Assembly (NCBI GenBank): GCA_964016885.1
Contig: OZ024742.1
Location: 321,098,001 to 321,162,000 of the forward strand
Direction of reading: 5' to 3'
Length of the DNA stretch: 64,000 nucleotides
Source of the DNA: Eledone cirrhosa
Taxonomy: Eukaryota
Part shown: in pieces, positions 60,605 through 64,000 of the stretch
How positions within the stretch are numbered: the stretch's first letter is position 1
How the letters are laid out: the number at the start of each line of letters is the position of its first letter
Made by a program: the position numbers and the translations under genes
The notes under the pieces: generated by a model
Told to the model about the DNA's origin: nothing
Databases searched by the model: none
The model's input: the letters and a program-made list of their open reading frames with translations, nothing else

Positions 60605-61061
60605 CAAAGGGCAAAGGAGCTCTTAAGAGTCAATGGCCATCCAAAATCACCGGGAGAGATGACCCCTTAGCTTTTGTCAAGGCAGAATTCTAGAAGGAAA
60701 ACTCTGATATAACACCTGCAACTCTGATGGTATCCAATGATGTTGACTTGTTATTCTTTTTGATAAATATCATTTTGGTTAAGAGAGTGGGACTGGCTTT
60801 ATGCAGTGCCTTTGCTCACTATAAAAGTTTCACGGCACAGGCATTGCTTTATATCTGGAGATCTCACTGCACTTGTCGTCACATGGTACCATGGGCCCAG
60901 CACTATGTGTCAATAATTGTCACAAGTATAGTGTTTGTACCAGAGTTTTCAAGTCGCTGGCTGGACTAAAAAGTCACTCGTTCAGCGCATCGGTAAGGGT
61001 TCTCCTACATGGATATAAAGTAGTGGCCGTACTCGAAAACGAGTTGGCAGCCACTACCATG
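60605..61061 (+). mobile_element. 5'-truncated copy of the non-autonomous RTE element
   Basis: Reverse complement of 50761-51215; ends GGCAGCCACTACCATG followed by (TATG)n. Confidence 0.85.
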
Positions 61062-62250
<1,189 letters not shown>

Positions 62251-62253
<3 letters not shown>

Positions 62254-62530
62254 GGCGCATGGCCCTAGTGGTTAGAGCAGTAGGCTTGCAATCGAAAGGT
62301 TGTGAGTTCAATTCTCGGACCGGGTGATGTGTTGTTTCCTTGAGCAAGACACTTTATTTCACGTTGCTCTAGTTTACTCAGCTGAAAATGAGTACCAGCA
62401 ATAGCTGGAGGTTTAACCCTGCGATGGACTAGCGTCCTGTCCAGGGGGCAGTCTTGTACTCTCAGTCGCTTCACGCCATGTAACTGGAATAAGCACCGGC
62501 CAAATGAGCCTTCTGGCTTAAGACAGACTT
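62251..62530 (+). mobile_element. tRNA-derived SINE family B, full length
   Basis: GAAGGCGCATGGCCCTAGTGGTTAGAGC (A box), GAGTTCAATTC (B box), core TTGAGCAAGACACTTTATTTCACGTTGCTC. Confidence 0.88.
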
Positions 62531-62650
62531 TAGACTTACGGCTTGCCCGCCCAGCCAGTGGGATGGCGTCATCGTATGGATAAAACAGCACGTGTTGTGA
62601 CCAACGGCGGCGAGTGGCGCCCGACAGACTGGTCGGTCAAGGTGATCAAG

Positions 62651-62687
<37 letters not shown>

Positions 62688-62775
62688 ATGTATATTTAGG
62701 GTAGTGATCGATGGTGAATAGAGTGGTTGGAGCAATAACAGTCTTGTTTACACACACATACACACACACAATATT

Positions 62776-62818
<43 letters not shown>

Positions 62819-62834
62819 GTGTTAGGAAAAACAT

Positions 62835-62975
62835 ACCACTTAGTAGGCGCGTAATAATGGTTTATGATTTCGGGAGGGGAACGTCAATTAAATCAACCTC
62901 AGTGCATTACTGGTACATTATTTTATTGACCTTGTAAGGGTGAAAGACATAGCTAATCTCAGCAGGATTTGAACG
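62835..62975 (-). mobile_element. SINE family A, diverged
   Basis: CAGTGCATTACTGGTACATTATTTTATTGACC..GCTAATCTCAGCAGGATTTGAAC. Confidence 0.65.
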
Positions 62976-62993
62976 TAAAATAATGAGGAATTT

Positions 62994-63034
<41 letters not shown>

Positions 63035-63437
63035 TGTGACGTATTTTTCTAGTACATTCTAATTATGAGTTTATGGTTAGGATCGATGCATAGTGTGTTT
63101 GGTTTCATGAGTTTTTTAATGGTGTGTTCATCCATTCTACAACCGGGGCCTATTTTGGTTCTTGTAGTATATGAAATATATGCTTTGTGTAGTTTTTATT
63201 GGTTCTGCTTCTGGTGTAGATATATCTGTCGCAGTTTCAATATAACATGTTTGAAAGAAAAACTATTCCTTACTTATATAAATACATGTGTATGTGTGTG
63301 CGAGTGTGTGTCTGTTTGTGTATGCATAAGTGTGTGTACGTGTATGTATGCATGTGTTTGCGTTTCTGTTTTTTAAAACAATCCTTCACAAATACTTAAC
63401 ATTTTTACGGTAGTTTTACTTGCTTTGTTTATTGTGT

Positions 63438-63510
<73 letters not shown>

Positions 63511-63787
63511 AAATATGATAATAATGGAGCTGCGGCGCTGCAAATGGGTTACATATGAAAAAGTTTGTCCTCATCAGTGGCCATCCAACCGTCGTAGGCA
63601 TTTCGTCGCATTAAAGGCCATATACCTCAGGTTGGTGCGAGCAACGGCTAAAAAAAGTCGTTGGGACACGTAAATAAAGGGGACGCTAGGGTAAACAAAC
63701 AAAATGGTTTAAGCAGCAGAAAGAGAGGAAGAAGGAAACAAGTCCCAGATTTCTATGAATATAAATTCGGTGGAATCGTGAACGAGA

Positions 63788-63819
<32 letters not shown>

Positions 63820-63823
<4 letters not shown>

Positions 63824-64000
63824 TAATAAAGTAATGAATAAACAAAGAAACAGTTCCTTATATTAAAAAAATTCATCATTTTACGATCGTTTCTAGGATA
63901 TATATGTGTTAGTGTTGGTATGCATATTCTATAGAACTATGTAAAATATTTATACAAACTATCAGAGGGAATATACATACCTAGACATATATATGCTGTT
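63820..64000 (-). mobile_element. PLE pLTR fragment homologous to 10455-10605 (3' half of the HHR; remainder beyond the window)
   Basis: TTTTACGATCGTTTCT.GGAT.TATATGTG..TATCAGAGG.AATATACATACCT. Confidence 0.7.

Noticed and set aside
62251-62325. tRNA gene
   Set aside because: Only the tRNA-like head of a multi-copy SINE; no convincing acceptor stem or terminator.
63525-63610. Possible permuted (type II) hammerhead on minus: GAAA..TA..CTGATGA
   Set aside because: Stems I and II do not pair adjacent to the core.

Overview
Gene-free, repeat-saturated eukaryotic DNA. The SINE families and (TA)n/(CATA)n/(ATCT)n richness look like a cephalopod (octopus-like) genome; this is an inference. Almost all listed ORFs are microsatellite artefacts. 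The real coding content is transposon-derived: several RTE-clade LINEs; a same-strand cluster of Tx1/L1-clade LINEs (28.1-43.6 kb), five of them in one (ATCT)n tract; a Tc1 pseudogene with perfect 30-bp TIRs; a CR1-like 3' end; and two Penelope-like (PLE) GIY-YIG fragments missed by the ORF track. The main non-coding signal is about 15 type I hammerhead-ribozyme-like motifs (CUGANGA..GAAA..UH, mostly with palindromic stem III loops) from roughly ten unrelated sequence families. They sit in fold-back modules inserted in (TA)n. Many of these modules share a 3' tail hairpin, ACTC..YYGAGTRC. One is an ~860-bp non-coding, terminally repeated retrozyme-like element with a branched stem II. Three retroelement groups appear to partition three microsatellites: PLE/HHR in (TA)n, Tx1 in (ATCT)n and RTE derivatives in (CATA)n. 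All folds and alignments were done by eye; boundaries are approximate.
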